This document shows positions 17,458 through 29,025 of a DNA stretch of 64,000 bases, piece by piece. Source of the stretch: Burkholderiales bacterium (GTDB taxonomy: Bacteria > Pseudomonadota > Gammaproteobacteria > Burkholderiales > SG8-39); NCBI GenBank assembly GCA_023383795.1, contig JAHDYJ010000002.1, forward strand, positions 64,740 through 128,739. The letters run 5' to 3'. The notes under the pieces are model-generated. The model made no database searches. It was given only the letters and a program-made list of their open reading frames with translations, and had not been told where the DNA came from. Both the position numbers and the translations under genes were made by a program. The stretch's first letter is position 1, and each line of letters begins with the position of its first letter.

Positions 17458-17664
17458 TCAGGGCGAAGATCGCCTCCGGACGCCGCGCCGCCGCTTCGGG
17501 CAGACCATGCAGCGCAGCGAAAGCCCGTCGGCAGTGCGGGCCTCGGCGCCGCCGCACGATCCGCGCAGGCAGCGCCGGCCGGTCATCGCGCCGATCCCCA
17601 GCCCGGCCATGGCGAACGCGAACAGCACCGCCGTGACCGCGAGCACTGCCAGCCAGGTCGCCAT
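17458..17664 (-). CDS. nqrM: Na+-NQR maturation protein NqrM
   Basis: 68 aa with one TM helix, then a GSCGG...CMVC cysteine motif. Sits directly downstream of apbE. Confidence 0.7.
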   Translation of the reverse strand: MATWLAVLAVTAVLFAFAMAGLGIGAMTGRRCLRGSCGGAEARTADGLSLRCMVCPKRRRGVRRRSSP

Positions 17665-17672
17665 CGCGCGCG

Positions 17673-18734
17673 TCAGCCGAGGTTTGCGGAGCGCCCCCCG
17701 AGCGCCGCAAAAGCGGGCGTCGCAGCGTCGACCAACGTGCCGTCCGCCGCGCGCGAGACGAAGTAGGCCGCCAGTCCCTGCGCGAGCGCGACCTCGCGGC
17801 CGCGCTCCGGCCCGAGCACGAAGAGCGCGGTCGCCCAGGCGTCCGCCAGCGCGCAATCGGGGTGCACGACGCTGACCGAGGCGAGGCGGTGCGCGACCGG
17901 CGCGCCGGTCCGCGGATCGATCTCGTGCGAGTAGCGGCGTCCGTCCTGCTCGAAGTAGTTCCGGTAGTCGCCTGAGGTCGCGAGCGCGCGGTTCGCGAGC
18001 GGCACCACGTAGTGCAGTGTGCGCGCGCCGCCCCCGGGCCGCTCGATGCCGATCCGCCAGGCAACGCCCTCGGCGTTGACGCCACGGGCACGCACCTCGC
18101 CGCTCACGTCGACCAGATAGTCACCTAAGCCGCGTGCCTCCAGCGCGGCGGCGATCCGATCCGCGCCGTAGCCCTGGGCGATGCCCGAGAGGTCGGCATA
18201 GGCGTCCGGGCGCGCCTTGGCGAGGTGGCCGGCGCGCGCGTCGAGCGCGAGCGAGCGCCAGTTCACACGCGCGCGCAGGCGTGCCAGCGCCTCCGGTGCC
18301 GGCACGCCCGCCCGCGCCTCCGGACCGAAGCCCCACGCGTTCACCAGCGGCCCGATCGTCACGTCGAACGCGCCGCCGGACGCCGCGCTCACCGCCTGCG
18401 ACTTCCCGAGCACGTCGGCGAGCGCGGGCGACAGCGCAAACGGCGCATCGGATGCGTGGCGGTTCAGCCGGGACAGTTCCGAGTCGGGCCGGTAGGTGGA
18501 CATCCGCCGATCGACCGCATCGACCGCGGCGAAGAGCTCCTCGCCGAGCGAGCACTCGGCGGCGGCCGACATCGGCCCGGCGCCCGCGATCTTGACCGTG
18601 TAGCCCGCGGCCATCGTGCGGCCGGAGAACGTCGTCAGCTTCGCCCGGGGCCGCTCGGCGCAGCCGGCGGCGAGCGGCGCGGCCGCGAGCGCCGCGAGCC
18701 CCTGCGCCGTGCGTCTTCTCGAGAAATCGACCAT
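17673..18734 (-). CDS. apbE: FAD:protein FMN transferase ApbE (lipoprotein)
   Basis: Lipobox LAAGC and ApbE family pattern (TMAAGYTVK, SGDYRNYFE). Follows nqrF. Confidence 0.85.
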   Translation of the reverse strand: MVDFSRRRTAQGLAALAAAPLAAGCAERPRAKLTTFSGRTMAAGYTVKIAGAGPMSAAAECSLGEELFAAVDAVDRRMSTYRPDSELSRLNRHASDAPFALSPALADVLGKSQAVSAASGGAFDVTIGPLVNAWGFGPEARAGVPAPEALARLRARVNWRSLALDARAGHLAKARPDAYADLSGIAQGYGADRIAAALEARGLGDYLVDVSGEVRARGVNAEGVAWRIGIERPGGGARTLHYVVPLANRALATSGDYRNYFEQDGRRYSHEIDPRTGAPVAHRLASVSVVHPDCALADAWATALFVLGPERGREVALAQGLAAYFVSRAADGTLVDAATPAFAALGGRSANLG

Positions 18735-18738
18735 GGCC

Positions 18739-19968
18739 CTACTCTCCCGCAAAGTTGTCGAAGAAGATGTGGTCGCGCTCGACGCCGAGCGAGGCCAGCA
18801 TCTCGAGCACGCCGATCGACAGGCGCGTCGGCCCGCACAGGTAGTACTCGCAGTCTTCCGGCGCCGGGTGGTCCTTCAGGTACTCGTCGTACAGGAAGTC
18901 GTGGATCATCCCGACGTAGCCGGTCCACTCGTCCTCGGGCTCCGGCTTCGACAGGCACAGGTGCCAGTCGAAGTTCGGCCGCTCGCCGGCCAGCCGCTCG
19001 AAGTCCCCCCGGTAGAGCGCGTCGCGCAGGCTGTGGGCGCGGTACCAGTACGAGACCTTGCGCGCCGTTCCGACGCGGTGGAACTGGTCGAAGATGATCG
19101 AGCGCAGCGGCGCCATGCCGGCACCGCCGCCGATGAAGATCATCTCGGCCTGCGTGTCCTGCGCGACGAACTCGCCGAACGGACCCGACATCTCGATCGT
19201 GTCGCCCGGCTTCAGGCCGAAGAGCCACGAGGACATGATTCCTGGCGGCGTCCCTTCCGGCGCGCCGTGCGGCGGCGGGCAGACCTTGATGTCGAACTTC
19301 AGCACGCCCTTCTCGAGCGGATAGCTCGCCATCGAGTAGGCGCGCTCGACCGGTGCGGCGCATACCGAGCGGTGCCGCCACAGCCGGTCGCGGTCCCAGC
19401 TCCCGCGAAACCGCTCGCCGATCTCGAAATCCTTGTACTCGACGACGTGCGGCGGGCACCTGAACTGCACGTACTGGCCGGCCTTGAACGGCACCTCGAC
19501 CTCCGGCGGCAGCTCGACGACGAGCTCCTTGATGAAGTCCGCGACGCTCACGTTCTTCGTCACCGTCGCGGTCCACCGGCGCAGGTCGAAGACCTCGGGC
19601 GGCACCTTGATGTCGAGGTCCCGCTTCACCTTGACCTGGCAGGCGAGCCGCCGCCCTTGCCGCAGCTCGCCGCGCGTGAGGAAGCCGCGCTCGATCGGCA
19701 GCGGCTCGTCGCCGCCGTTCACCGTCACCTTGCACAGCCCGCACGTGCCCTTGCCGCCGCACGCCGACGGGATCAGCACGCGCCGCTCGGAGAGCCGCGC
19801 GAGCAGCGTGCCGCCGACCGGCACCTTGAGCGCCTTGCCGGGCTCGTCGTTGATCAGCAGGACGACCTCGCCGGCGGGCACGAGCTTCGCCCGCGCGAAC
19901 ATCAGCAGCGCGACCATCGCCACCACGACGCCGCTGAAAAGGACCACCGCGACTACGACCGAGAGCAT
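18739..19968 (-). CDS. nqrF: Na+-translocating NADH:quinone oxidoreductase subunit F
   Basis: N-terminal TM helix, 2Fe-2S motif CGGKGTCGLCKV, and FAD/NADH domain (RAYSMASYP, IFIGGGAGMAP). Confidence 0.9.
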   Translation of the reverse strand: MLSVVVAVVLFSGVVVAMVALLMFARAKLVPAGEVVLLINDEPGKALKVPVGGTLLARLSERRVLIPSACGGKGTCGLCKVTVNGGDEPLPIERGFLTRGELRQGRRLACQVKVKRDLDIKVPPEVFDLRRWTATVTKNVSVADFIKELVVELPPEVEVPFKAGQYVQFRCPPHVVEYKDFEIGERFRGSWDRDRLWRHRSVCAAPVERAYSMASYPLEKGVLKFDIKVCPPPHGAPEGTPPGIMSSWLFGLKPGDTIEMSGPFGEFVAQDTQAEMIFIGGGAGMAPLRSIIFDQFHRVGTARKVSYWYRAHSLRDALYRGDFERLAGERPNFDWHLCLSKPEPEDEWTGYVGMIHDFLYDEYLKDHPAPEDCEYYLCGPTRLSIGVLEMLASLGVERDHIFFDNFAGE

Positions 19969-19976
19969 CAGAGCAC

Positions 19977-20591
19977 CTACAACTGTATGCCTGCGAACAT
20001 CATGAAGCCGATCGACATCAGCCCGGTCGCGACGAAGGCGATACCCAGGCCGCGCAGTCCCCGCGGCACGTTGCTGTAGGACATCTTCTCGCGGATCGCC
20101 GCGAGCGCGACGATCGCCAGCATGAAGCCCGTGCCCGAGCCGATCGCGAACACGACGCTCTCGGCGAAAGTGTAATCGCGTTCCTGCATGAAGAGCGACC
20201 CGCCGAGGATCGCGCAGTTCACGGCGATCAGCGGCAGGAACACGCCGAGCGAGGTGTAGAGCGCCGGGAAGTACCGGTCGAGCGCCATCTCCACGATCTG
20301 GACCGCGGCCGCGATCGTGCTGATGAACACGATGAACGTCAGGAAAGTGAAATCGAGCCCCGCCAGCACCGGATGGATCCAGCCGAGCGCGCCCTCGGCG
20401 AGCAGGTGGTTCAGCAGGAGGTTGTTCAGCGGCAGCGTCAGCGTCTGGACGAACACGACGGCGATCCCGAGCCCGAACGCGGTCTCCACCTTGCGCGAGC
20501 AGGCGAGGAACGAGCACATGCCGAGGAAGAAGGCGAGCGCCATGTTCTCGATGAAGATCGCCTTGATTGCGAGGTTGAGGTAGTGCTCCAT
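19977..20591 (-). CDS. nqrE: Na+-NQR subunit E
   Basis: 204-aa polytopic protein of the NqrE/RnfA family, in canonical position. Confidence 0.9.
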   Translation of the reverse strand: MEHYLNLAIKAIFIENMALAFFLGMCSFLACSRKVETAFGLGIAVVFVQTLTLPLNNLLLNHLLAEGALGWIHPVLAGLDFTFLTFIVFISTIAAAVQIVEMALDRYFPALYTSLGVFLPLIAVNCAILGGSLFMQERDYTFAESVVFAIGSGTGFMLAIVALAAIREKMSYSNVPRGLRGLGIAFVATGLMSIGFMMFAGIQL

Positions 20592-20598
20592 CGCCGCC

Positions 20599-21234
20599 TC
20601 AGCCTTCCTCCTGCTGCTCCGGGTACCAGGTGCGCAGCAGCCAGATCATCGCGGCGATGATGAAGAACGCCGCCGGCGCGAGCAGGAACATGCTGTTCGG
20701 GACGTACCAGCCGCCCTCGTACACGCTCGGCAGCACGGTGTAGCCGAACACCTTTCCGGTGCCGATGAACTCGCGCACGAACCCGACCGCGAGCAGCACC
20801 AGGCCGTAGCCGAGCCCGTTGCCGACGCCGTCCAGGAAGCTCAGGAGCGGCGGATTCTGCATCGCGAACCCCTCGGTCCGGCCGAGCACGATGCAGTTCG
20901 TGATGATCAGACCGACGAACACCGAGAGCTCGAGGCTGATCTCGTACAGGTAGGCCTTCAGCACCTGGTCGACGACGATCACGAGCGAGGACACGATCGC
21001 GAGCTGGACGATGATGCGGATCGCCGCCGGCGTGGCGTTGCGGATCAGGCTGACCATCAGGCTCGCGAGGCCGGCCACGCAGGTGAGGCTCACCGCCATC
21101 ACCAGCGCTTTGTCGAGCCTGGTCGTCACCGCAAGCGCCGAGCAGATGCCGAGCATCTGCAGCGTGATCGGGTTGTTCCGGATCAGCGGGTCGGTGAGCG
21201 TCGCTTGCGCGAGCGTCCTTCCGGCGGCCGGCAC
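20599..21234 (-). CDS. nqrD: Na+-NQR subunit D
   Basis: 211-aa polytopic protein of the NqrD/RnfE family, in canonical position. Confidence 0.9.
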   Translation of the reverse strand: MPAAGRTLAQATLTDPLIRNNPITLQMLGICSALAVTTRLDKALVMAVSLTCVAGLASLMVSLIRNATPAAIRIIVQLAIVSSLVIVVDQVLKAYLYEISLELSVFVGLIITNCIVLGRTEGFAMQNPPLLSFLDGVGNGLGYGLVLLAVGFVREFIGTGKVFGYTVLPSVYEGGWYVPNSMFLLAPAAFFIIAAMIWLLRTWYPEQQEEG

Positions 21235-21235
21235 G

Positions 21236-22024
21236 TCACGGTCCTCCCTGGGCGCGCAGGCGCGCGAGGTACGGCCCGAAGCCGTGCTCGCCGAGCCAGA
21301 AGTCGAGCATCCGCGTCACGCCGTTGCTCGTGATCGTGGCGCCGGACAGCGCGTCCACCTGGTAGGGGTTCTTCTCGGGCGGCCCCGCCACCCCCTTCAC
21401 CAGCCTGATGCGCGGGGACCCGTCCTCGCCGAGCGCCTTGCGCCCCGGCCACAGCGCCCGCCAATTCGGGTTGTCGACCTCGCCGCCGAGGCCCGGCGTC
21501 TCGCGGTTCTCGTAGAACGCGATGCCGCGGACGGTCGCGAGGTCGCGGTCGAGCGCGATGAATCCGTAGAGAGTGCCATAGAGCCCCAGCCCCTCGATCG
21601 GGATCACGACCTGGGTCGCGCGCCCGCCACGCATCACGAGGTAGACGAGGCCGACGTCGGGCACCCGCTTGACGCGCGCGAGGTTCGGCGGAGCGGGGCG
21701 GCTGCGCGCCGGGTCGGCGCGCGCCCGCCGCTGGTCGTAGCGCTCGGGCGCGACCTCCGGATGCTGCACGTACTCGCCGGTCGCGAGCTCGACGAGCCGC
21801 GGACGGATGTTCTCGTCGAAGAGCTGCACGATCTCGGCATCGCGCAGGCGCTCGCCGGGCGCAACGAGCCCGGTCGCCTGCAGCACGTTCTTCTGCAGGT
21901 ACAAGAGCTTGTTCGCCTGCTGCCGGTCGCGCAGCAGCACCGACGAGCCGGCTACCAGCAGCGCGCACACGACGCAGACCGCGGCGGCGAAGGCGAGCGT
22001 GTAGCGAGGCGAGTCAAGCTGCAC
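21236..22024 (-). CDS. nqrC: Na+-NQR subunit C
   Basis: N-terminal TM helix and the FMN-attachment motif SGATITSNG. Confidence 0.9.
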   Translation of the reverse strand: MQLDSPRYTLAFAAAVCVVCALLVAGSSVLLRDRQQANKLLYLQKNVLQATGLVAPGERLRDAEIVQLFDENIRPRLVELATGEYVQHPEVAPERYDQRRARADPARSRPAPPNLARVKRVPDVGLVYLVMRGGRATQVVIPIEGLGLYGTLYGFIALDRDLATVRGIAFYENRETPGLGGEVDNPNWRALWPGRKALGEDGSPRIRLVKGVAGPPEKNPYQVDALSGATITSNGVTRMLDFWLGEHGFGPYLARLRAQGGP

Positions 22025-23243
22025 GGCGCTTCGCCCTCCGCCGGACGTTCGCCCGCACGACGTAGTAGTCGATCAGCGGCGCGAACACGTTCATGAACAG
22101 GATCACCAGCATCATCGACTCGGGGTACGCCGGGTTGACGACGCGGATCATCACCACGAGCCCGCCGACCAGGAAGCCGTAGATCCACTTGCCGCGCGCG
22201 GTGAAGCTCGACGTGACCGGGTCGGTCACCATGAAGACGGTGCCGAATGCCCAGCCGCCGAGCACCATGTGCCACCAGAAGGGAACCGCGAATGCCGGGT
22301 TGGTGGCCGAGCCGACGAGATTGAAGAGCTGCGCCGCGACGATCGTGCCGAGCGCGACGCCCGCCATCGTGCGCCAGGACGCGACCTTGGTCCACAGGAG
22401 CAGCGCGGCGCCGACGAGGCACGCCAGCGCGGAGGTCTCGCCCATCGAGCCCGGCTCGAGCCCCACGAACGCGTTCCACCACGAGAGGCCCTGGCCCGTG
22501 AACGGCTCGGCGAGCCCGCGGACCTGCGTCAGCAGCGTCGCGCCGCTGTAGCCGTCCACCGCGTTCGCCGCCTCGACCGGCACCCAGACGCGGTCGCCGG
22601 TGATCTGCACCGGGTAGGCGTAGAACAGGAACGCGCGCGCGACGAGCGCCGGGTTGAGGATGTTCATCCCGGTGCCGCCGAACACCTCCTTGGCGATCAC
22701 CACGCCCCAGCTGATCGCGAGCGCCGCCTGCCAGAGCGGCGTCGTGGGCGGCAGGATCAGCGGGAAGATCAGGCCCGTCACGAGGAAGCCCTCGTTGATG
22801 TCGTGCCGCCGCACCACGGCAAAGAGCACCTCCCACGCCCCGCCGACCGCCATCGTCACTGCGTAGAGCGGCAGGAAGTACAGCGCGCCGTGGACGAAGC
22901 ACGCGAGCGCGCTGTCGGGCGAGTAGCCGACGCCGAGGAGGCGGATCACGTCGTGCCGCCAGCCGGCGAGCGTCGCGGCGCGGGCCGGATCGAGCGCGAG
23001 GTTCGCCTGCAGGCCAGTGTTGTACATCGCCCACAGGACGCACGGCACGAGCGCGACGACCACCACGATCATCATCCGCTTGAGGTCCATCGCGTCGCGC
23101 ACGTGCGACGCGGTACGGGTCACCTCGCCCGGCGTGTACAGAAAGGTGTCCCCCGCCTCGTAGAGCGGCCGCAGCCGCTCGAGCCGCCCGCCCCTGTCGA
23201 ACAGGCGCGCGTGCCGGTCGAGCAGGCTGCGGAGCGCGCGCAT
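22014..23243 (-). CDS. nqrB: Na+-NQR subunit B
   Basis: 409-aa polytopic protein with the FMN-attachment motif YSGATLLT. Confidence 0.9.
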   Translation of the reverse strand: MRALRSLLDRHARLFDRGGRLERLRPLYEAGDTFLYTPGEVTRTASHVRDAMDLKRMMIVVVVALVPCVLWAMYNTGLQANLALDPARAATLAGWRHDVIRLLGVGYSPDSALACFVHGALYFLPLYAVTMAVGGAWEVLFAVVRRHDINEGFLVTGLIFPLILPPTTPLWQAALAISWGVVIAKEVFGGTGMNILNPALVARAFLFYAYPVQITGDRVWVPVEAANAVDGYSGATLLTQVRGLAEPFTGQGLSWWNAFVGLEPGSMGETSALACLVGAALLLWTKVASWRTMAGVALGTIVAAQLFNLVGSATNPAFAVPFWWHMVLGGWAFGTVFMVTDPVTSSFTARGKWIYGFLVGGLVVMIRVVNPAYPESMMLVILFMNVFAPLIDYYVVRANVRRRAKRRAA

Positions 23244-24613
23244 CAGCCCTCCTTCTGCAGCCGGTCGAGCACGTCCCGCAGCATCGGGCCGTAGTCGTAC
23301 TTGGTCGACGAGACGAACGTGCAGAGCGCGAGATCCTCCTCGTCGAGCTCGAGGCAGCCGAGCTCCTCCGCGCGCTCGACGTCGCCGGTGAGGAGCGCGC
23401 GCAGCAGGAACGTCGGCTCGATGTCGATCGGCATCACTTCCTCGTAGGAACCGATCGGCACCATCGGCCGCAGCGACCCGTGCGTGGCCGTCGTCAGCGC
23501 GAAGCGCCGCCGCCGCCCGAACGCCGAGGCGAACGCGTTGGTGATCGAGAACTTGTCCCGTCCCGGTGCGAGCCAGCCGAGAAGCTCGCGGTCACGCCCT
23601 TCGGCGAGCGCGGAGACCTGCACGTGATAGCGGCCGAGATAGCCCTCGGCCTCGCCCATCGCCTTGCGCCCGGCAAGCACCGACCCGGAGATCACGCGGT
23701 GCTCGCCCGGGCGCAGCTCGCCCGCGGTCAGCTCGTCGAGCGCGGCGCCGAGCCGCGTGCGCAGGAGCCGCGGCCGCGCGACGCCCGGCCCGGCGAGCGA
23801 CACCGTCCGCTCGAGGTCGAGCTCACCCTTGGCGAAGAGCCACCCGATCGCCGCGACGTCCTGGCAGCCGACGTGCCACACCGTCTTGTCGAGGTGGACC
23901 GGGTCGAGCAGGTGGATGTGCACGCCGGGCGTGCCGGCGGGATGCGGTCCGCTGAACTCCGCCACCGTGGCCCGGCAGCCGGCGCCCGGCGACACGGCGG
24001 ACCCAGGCGCCCTGCACAAGTACACCGGCCCCGGCGTGAGCGCCTCCACGGCGCGCATTCCGAGCGCGAAATCCTCCTCCCGGCCGGCGAGCGCGACCTC
24101 GACGCGCGGCGCGTGCGGCTGCGTGTCGATCGCGGTGACGAAGACCGCGTGCGGCACGGTCTGCGGCATCGGCACCCGGCTGAACGGGCGCGTGCGGAAC
24201 GCGGTCCACAGGCCCGATTCGAGCAGCAGGGCCTTCACCTCGGCCTCGGTCAGCCGGCCGGGTGCCTTGCCACTGAAGCTCGCGAAGCGCACCTGCGCGA
24301 CCGAGTCGCCGCCCTCCTCCGGGTCGAGCCGGATGACGAGCGACTGGAACGCGCGCCGCTCGCCGCGATGCACCGCCTCGACGGTGCCGGTGCCGGGCGC
24401 GGTGAACGGCACGCCCGGGTTCCGCGAATCCTCCAGCACCAGCTCGCCGCGCAGCACGCGCGTCCCCGGCTGGGCGCGAACGCTCGGCCGCAGGCCCGGG
24501 TAGTCCGCGCCGAGGAGCGCGACGCGCGACACCCGCGGCGACGGCGCCACCGTCTGCTCGGGTTCGCCCGCGAGCGGGAGGTCGAGGCCCCTGGTGATGC
24601 GGTGGACTGGCAT
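23243..24613 (-). CDS. nqrA: Na+-NQR subunit A
   Basis: 456 aa starting [18 protein letters not shown], a typical NqrA N-terminus. The ORF extension to 24709 is rejected. Confidence 0.9.
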   Translation of the reverse strand: MPVHRITRGLDLPLAGEPEQTVAPSPRVSRVALLGADYPGLRPSVRAQPGTRVLRGELVLEDSRNPGVPFTAPGTGTVEAVHRGERRAFQSLVIRLDPEEGGDSVAQVRFASFSGKAPGRLTEAEVKALLLESGLWTAFRTRPFSRVPMPQTVPHAVFVTAIDTQPHAPRVEVALAGREEDFALGMRAVEALTPGPVYLCRAPGSAVSPGAGCRATVAEFSGPHPAGTPGVHIHLLDPVHLDKTVWHVGCQDVAAIGWLFAKGELDLERTVSLAGPGVARPRLLRTRLGAALDELTAGELRPGEHRVISGSVLAGRKAMGEAEGYLGRYHVQVSALAEGRDRELLGWLAPGRDKFSITNAFASAFGRRRRFALTTATHGSLRPMVPIGSYEEVMPIDIEPTFLLRALLTGDVERAEELGCLELDEEDLALCTFVSSTKYDYGPMLRDVLDRLQKEG

Positions 24614-24626
24614 GCGGTCCGGCGCG

Positions 24627-26288
24627 TCAGACGTAGCTCTGATAGTGCGGGTCGTACATCTGCGCCTGCACGAACTGCAGCAGCCGCGCGCGGCGCTCGA
24701 CGCCCGCAACGCCCTCGCCGACCGCGACCTTCACGACCGCCGCGGCGATCTGCGCCGACACCTCCCGCACGCGCGAGAGCGCCGGGTAGAGGCTGCCCTG
24801 TGCGAGGTCCTCGGTGGTCACCTGGTCGGCGAGCGCGCGCGCCGCGGCGAGGAACATGGCATCGGTGGCCCGGCGCGCCTTCGCCGCGATCAGGCCGAGG
24901 CCGACGCCGGGAAAGACGTACGAGTTGTTCCCCTGCCGCGGGACGAACGTCCTGCCGTCGATCGTCACCGGGTCGAACGGGCTCCCGCATGCGAAGAGCG
25001 CGCGCCCGTCGGTCCACCGGTACGCCTCCTCGGCGGTGCACTCGGCCTTCGAGGTCGGATTGGACAGCGCGAACACGATCGGCCGCGCGTTCAGGCGCGC
25101 CATCGTCTCGAGCACCTGCCGGGTGAACGTCTGCCCGGCGGCCGCGACGCCGATGATGGCGGTCGGCTCGAGCGCCTCGATCGCGGAGTGAAAGTCCGCG
25201 ACCGCGGGATGATCGTGGGCGTAGTGCCGCTTGTGCTCGGCGAGATCGCAACGGCTGCGGACCACCAGGCCCTTGGAATCGACCAGCCAGCAGCGGCGGC
25301 GCGCCTCCGCCTCCGGCAGGCCCTCCTTCACGAGCGCCGCGACGACGAGGTCGCAGATGCCGGTCGCCGCCTCGCCCGCGCCGAGGAACAGCAGGCGCTG
25401 GTCGGCGAGCCGGGTGCGATTCGCGCGGACCGCCGAATACAGCCCTGCGAGCGCCACCGCAGCGGTGCCCTGGATGTCGTCGTTGAAGCAGCACACGCGG
25501 TCGCGGTACTTCTGCAGCAGCCGGAACGCGTTCACGTTCGCGAAGTCCTCGAACTGGATGACCACGCCCGGGAACGCGGCTTGCGCGGCGGCGACGAACT
25601 CGTCGAACAGGGTGTCGTACTCGTCCCCGCGCAGCCGCGGCTGCTTGATCCCGATATAGAGCGGGTCCTCGCGCAGCGACTGGTTGTTGGTGCCGACGTC
25701 GAGCATCACCGGCAGGCACAGCTCGGGCCGCACGCCCGCGCACGCGGTGTAGAGCGAGAGCTTGCCGACCGGGATGCCCATGCCGTTCGCACCGAGGTCG
25801 CCGAGGCCCAGGATGCGCTCGCCGTCGGTGACGACGATGATCCCGACCTTGCGCTCGGGCCAGTTGCGGAGGAGCTCCGCGACCCGCCCGCGGTCGCGCG
25901 CGGAAACGAACATGCCGCGCGGGCGCTGGAAGATCTGCCCGTACTGCTGGCACGCGAGCCCCACGGTCGGCGTGTAGATCAGCGGCATGATCTCGTCCGG
26001 ATAGTCCATGACGCACCGGAAGAACAGCGCCTCGTTGCGGTCGTGCAGCGCGTTCAGCGCGACGAACTTGTCGAGCGCGTTCGCCATCCGCCGCAGGTTC
26101 TGCATCGTGCGCGCCACCTGCTGCTCCTGCGTGAGCACCGCAGGCGGCAGCAGCCCGCGCAGGCCGAGCGCGTCGCGCTCGGCGTCGGTGAACGCGGTGC
26201 CCTTGTTGCGCAGCGGATTGTGCAGGAGCGACATGCCCCGCAGGCCCCGCGCCGCGCGGCTTGCCTTCGGTCTCCGGTCAACAGCCAT
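24627..26288 (-). CDS. maeA: NAD-dependent malic enzyme
   Basis: 553 aa starting MAVDRRPK, with AAGGAGAA upstream. Carries malic-enzyme motifs ([22 protein letters not shown]). Confidence 0.9.
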   Translation of the reverse strand: MAVDRRPKASRAARGLRGMSLLHNPLRNKGTAFTDAERDALGLRGLLPPAVLTQEQQVARTMQNLRRMANALDKFVALNALHDRNEALFFRCVMDYPDEIMPLIYTPTVGLACQQYGQIFQRPRGMFVSARDRGRVAELLRNWPERKVGIIVVTDGERILGLGDLGANGMGIPVGKLSLYTACAGVRPELCLPVMLDVGTNNQSLREDPLYIGIKQPRLRGDEYDTLFDEFVAAAQAAFPGVVIQFEDFANVNAFRLLQKYRDRVCCFNDDIQGTAAVALAGLYSAVRANRTRLADQRLLFLGAGEAATGICDLVVAALVKEGLPEAEARRRCWLVDSKGLVVRSRCDLAEHKRHYAHDHPAVADFHSAIEALEPTAIIGVAAAGQTFTRQVLETMARLNARPIVFALSNPTSKAECTAEEAYRWTDGRALFACGSPFDPVTIDGRTFVPRQGNNSYVFPGVGLGLIAAKARRATDAMFLAAARALADQVTTEDLAQGSLYPALSRVREVSAQIAAAVVKVAVGEGVAGVERRARLLQFVQAQMYDPHYQSYV

Positions 26289-26326
26289 CTTGTTCTCCTT
26301 CTTCCCTGGGTGCGCCCGGGATAGTG

Positions 26327-27952
26327 TCAGATCGTTTCGGGCACCATCGCGATGGCGCCGCACGGACATTCTTCGGCGCAGAGGCCGCACCCCTTGCAGT
26401 AGTCGTGGTTGAACGCGAACCGCCGGCCGGGGCCCAGCTTTACGACCGCGTTGTCGGGACAGACGCCGTAGCAGTTGTCGCATTCGAAGCAATTGCCGCA
26501 CGACAAGCACCGGCGCGCCTCGAAGAGCGCGTTCGACTCGTCGAGACCGCCGATCACCTCGTCGAAGGTCGACTGCCGCCGGACCGCGTCGAGCGTCGGC
26601 TGCACGCGCTGCGGCGCGTCCGTGTAGTACCAGGTGTTCAGCGTCTCGAACGCGGCCAGCGCGTGCTTCTCCGGCGGCACGTAGCGCTCGCCGCGCAGCC
26701 ACGCGTCGACGTTGCGCGCCGCCTTCTTGCCGTGGCCGATCGCGACGGTGACCGTGCGCTCGGAGGGCACCATGTCGCCGCCGGCGAAGATTCCCGGATG
26801 GCCGGTCATCATGTTCGCGTCGACCTCGACCACGCCGTCGACGATCTCGAGCCCGGGCACGCCGTCGAGCAGCGCGAGGTCCACGTCCTGGCCGAGCGCG
26901 AGCACGAGCGAGTCGGCCTCGATCGTCTCGAGCTCGCCGGTGGGCTGCGGGAACCCCTTGTCGTCCAGCCGCATCTTCTCGACAGTGAAGGACGCGTCGC
27001 CCGCCTGCTTGATCGTGGAGAGCCACTTGAACAGCACGCCCTCCTCCATCGCCTCGGCGACCTCGGAGTCGTGCGCCGGCATGCGCTCGCGCGTGCGGCG
27101 ATAGACGACGATCGCCTCGGCGGCGCCGAGCCGTTTCGCCGTCCGCGCGACGTCGAGCGCGGTGTTGCCGCCGCCGTACACCAGGACACGGCGGCCGAGC
27201 TGCGGGCGCTCGTCACCCTCCATGCCGCGCAGCACCGAGACCGCGTCGAGGATCCGGGCGGCGTCCCCGGCCGGCAGGTACGCGCGCCGCCCGACGTGCG
27301 CCCCCACCGCGAGAAAGACCGCATCGAAACCGCCTGCTTTCATCGCCGCGAGCAGGTCGTCGACGCGGTGGTTCAGGCGGATCTCGACGCCCATGGCCGC
27401 GATGCGCGCGACCTCGGCGTCCAGCACGTCGCGCGGCAGTCGGTACTTCGGAATGCCGAAGCGCATCATGCCGCCGGGCAGCGGACCCGCCTCCTGGATC
27501 GTGACCGCGTGGCCGAGCCGGCGCAGGTGGTAGGCGGCCGACAGGCCGGAGGGGCCGGCGCCGACCACGAGCACGCGCCTCCCGGAGTCGGGCACGCCCA
27601 CGTCGAAGCGCCAGCCGCGCGCGAGCGCCTCGTCGCCGAGGAAGCGCTCCACGGCATGGATGCTGACGGCGGCATCGAGCCGCCCGCGATTGCATGCCGA
27701 CTCGCACGGGTGGTAGCAGACGCGTCCCATGACCGCCGGCAGCGGGTTGTTCAGCACCAGCTCGCGCCACGCCCGCTCGTAGTCGCCCGACTCGGCGTGA
27801 TACAGCCAGCCCTGGATGTTCTCTCCGGCCGGGCAGGCGTGATTGCACGGCGGCAGGCGGTCGAGGTACACCGGCCGCTGCGTGCGCCACGTGCCGGTGT
27901 GGTTGGCCAGGCTCGACCCGACGTCGAGCGTGATCGCGAAGGGCTTGCGCAT
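26327..27952 (-). CDS. GltD-like NAD(P)H flavoprotein fused to a C-terminal 2x[4Fe-4S] ferredoxin (delta-subunit-like) domain
   Basis: The N-terminus shows the glutamate-synthase-small-subunit pattern (CNHACPAGENIQ, CYHPCESACNR), then dinucleotide folds VVGAGPSGL and VYGGGNTALD. The C-terminus carries CLSCGNCFECDNC...CP and CKGCGLCAEECP. Confidence 0.8.
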   Translation of the reverse strand: MRKPFAITLDVGSSLANHTGTWRTQRPVYLDRLPPCNHACPAGENIQGWLYHAESGDYERAWRELVLNNPLPAVMGRVCYHPCESACNRGRLDAAVSIHAVERFLGDEALARGWRFDVGVPDSGRRVLVVGAGPSGLSAAYHLRRLGHAVTIQEAGPLPGGMMRFGIPKYRLPRDVLDAEVARIAAMGVEIRLNHRVDDLLAAMKAGGFDAVFLAVGAHVGRRAYLPAGDAARILDAVSVLRGMEGDERPQLGRRVLVYGGGNTALDVARTAKRLGAAEAIVVYRRTRERMPAHDSEVAEAMEEGVLFKWLSTIKQAGDASFTVEKMRLDDKGFPQPTGELETIEADSLVLALGQDVDLALLDGVPGLEIVDGVVEVDANMMTGHPGIFAGGDMVPSERTVTVAIGHGKKAARNVDAWLRGERYVPPEKHALAAFETLNTWYYTDAPQRVQPTLDAVRRQSTFDEVIGGLDESNALFEARRCLSCGNCFECDNCYGVCPDNAVVKLGPGRRFAFNHDYCKGCGLCAEECPCGAIAMVPETI

Positions 27953-28023
27953 GCGCGTTTCCTGGGGCTTCAGCGCACGCTGCCTTCGATCACCAGAGCC
28001 ACCGCCATCTCTCGCTCACTGGA

Positions 28024-29010
28024 TCAGAGTAGATCGAAGCGCTCGATGTTGCGGTCGGCGATCGCCTGGATCAGCGCGATGCGTGCCGTGTCCTCGCGCG
28101 GCGCGAACAGGTGCGCGAACCGCTTCTGCAGGCGCAGATAATCCTCGACCGGGACCCGCCGCCGGATCCGGACCCGGTCGGTGATCTCGCCAAGCTCGGC
28201 CTCGATCAGCGGAAACAGCCCCGATTCCACCGCCGCGCGCGCCACCTTGATCGTGTCGGATGGCGCCGAGCCCCAGCCGAGCGGGCACGGCACGTGAATG
28301 TGGATGTAGCGCGCGCCCTGGATCCCCGTCGCACGGGTCACCTTGGCCTCGAGATCGCGCAGGTTTGCCACGCTCGCAGTGGCGACATAGGGGATGCCGT
28401 GCGCCATCGCGATCAGCGGCAGGTTCTTGCCGGTGCCGAAGACGTTCCCGGGCTCGGGTCCGGCCGCGGCGGTCGTCGCGGTCCGCGCGGCCGGCGGCGT
28501 CGCGCTCGAGCGCTGCACGCCGGTGTTCATGTAGGCCTCGTTGTCGTAGCAGATGTACAGCACGTCGTCGTTGCGCTCGAACATGCCGGACAGGCAGCCG
28601 AAGCCGATGTCGGTGGTGCCGCCGTCGCCGCCCTGCGCGATGACCCGCACGTCGCCGCGCCCCTTGACCCGCATTGCGGCGGCGATCCCGGACGCCACCG
28701 CGGCGGCGTTGCCGAAGAGCGAGTGGATCCACGGCACCTGCCAGGAGGTCTCCGGATACGGCGTCGAAAACACCTCCAGGCACCCGGTCGCGTTCGCCGC
28801 CACCAGCCGGTTGGCGGCGGCGCGCATCGCCGCGTCGATTGCGTAGCGCGCGCCGAGCGCCTCGCCGCACCCCTGGCACGCACGGTGGCCCGAGTTGAGC
28901 GAGTTCGTGCGCCGCATGTTGGCCTGCACCGATCGCTCGCTCTCGTCGAGCAGGCGGTTGCCGACCGTGAACGTGCCGGTCTGGTAGAACTTGACGGGCT
29001 GCATCGCCAT
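28024..29010 (-). CDS. 2-oxoacid:ferredoxin oxidoreductase beta subunit (TPP-binding)
   Basis: GHRACQGCGE and GGDGGTTDIGF TPP/Fe-S motifs. Confidence 0.85.
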   Translation of the reverse strand: MAMQPVKFYQTGTFTVGNRLLDESERSVQANMRRTNSLNSGHRACQGCGEALGARYAIDAAMRAAANRLVAANATGCLEVFSTPYPETSWQVPWIHSLFGNAAAVASGIAAAMRVKGRGDVRVIAQGGDGGTTDIGFGCLSGMFERNDDVLYICYDNEAYMNTGVQRSSATPPAARTATTAAAGPEPGNVFGTGKNLPLIAMAHGIPYVATASVANLRDLEAKVTRATGIQGARYIHIHVPCPLGWGSAPSDTIKVARAAVESGLFPLIEAELGEITDRVRIRRRVPVEDYLRLQKRFAHLFAPREDTARIALIQAIADRNIERFDLL

Positions 29011-29025
29011 CCCGACACCCTCGCT

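Noticed and set aside
23864-23878. Sigma-54-like element TGGCACGTCGGCTGC on the minus strand
   Set aside because: It lies inside the nqrA coding sequence and the -12 element is CTGC rather than TTGC. A single match of this quality is expected by chance in 128 kb of GC-rich sequence.
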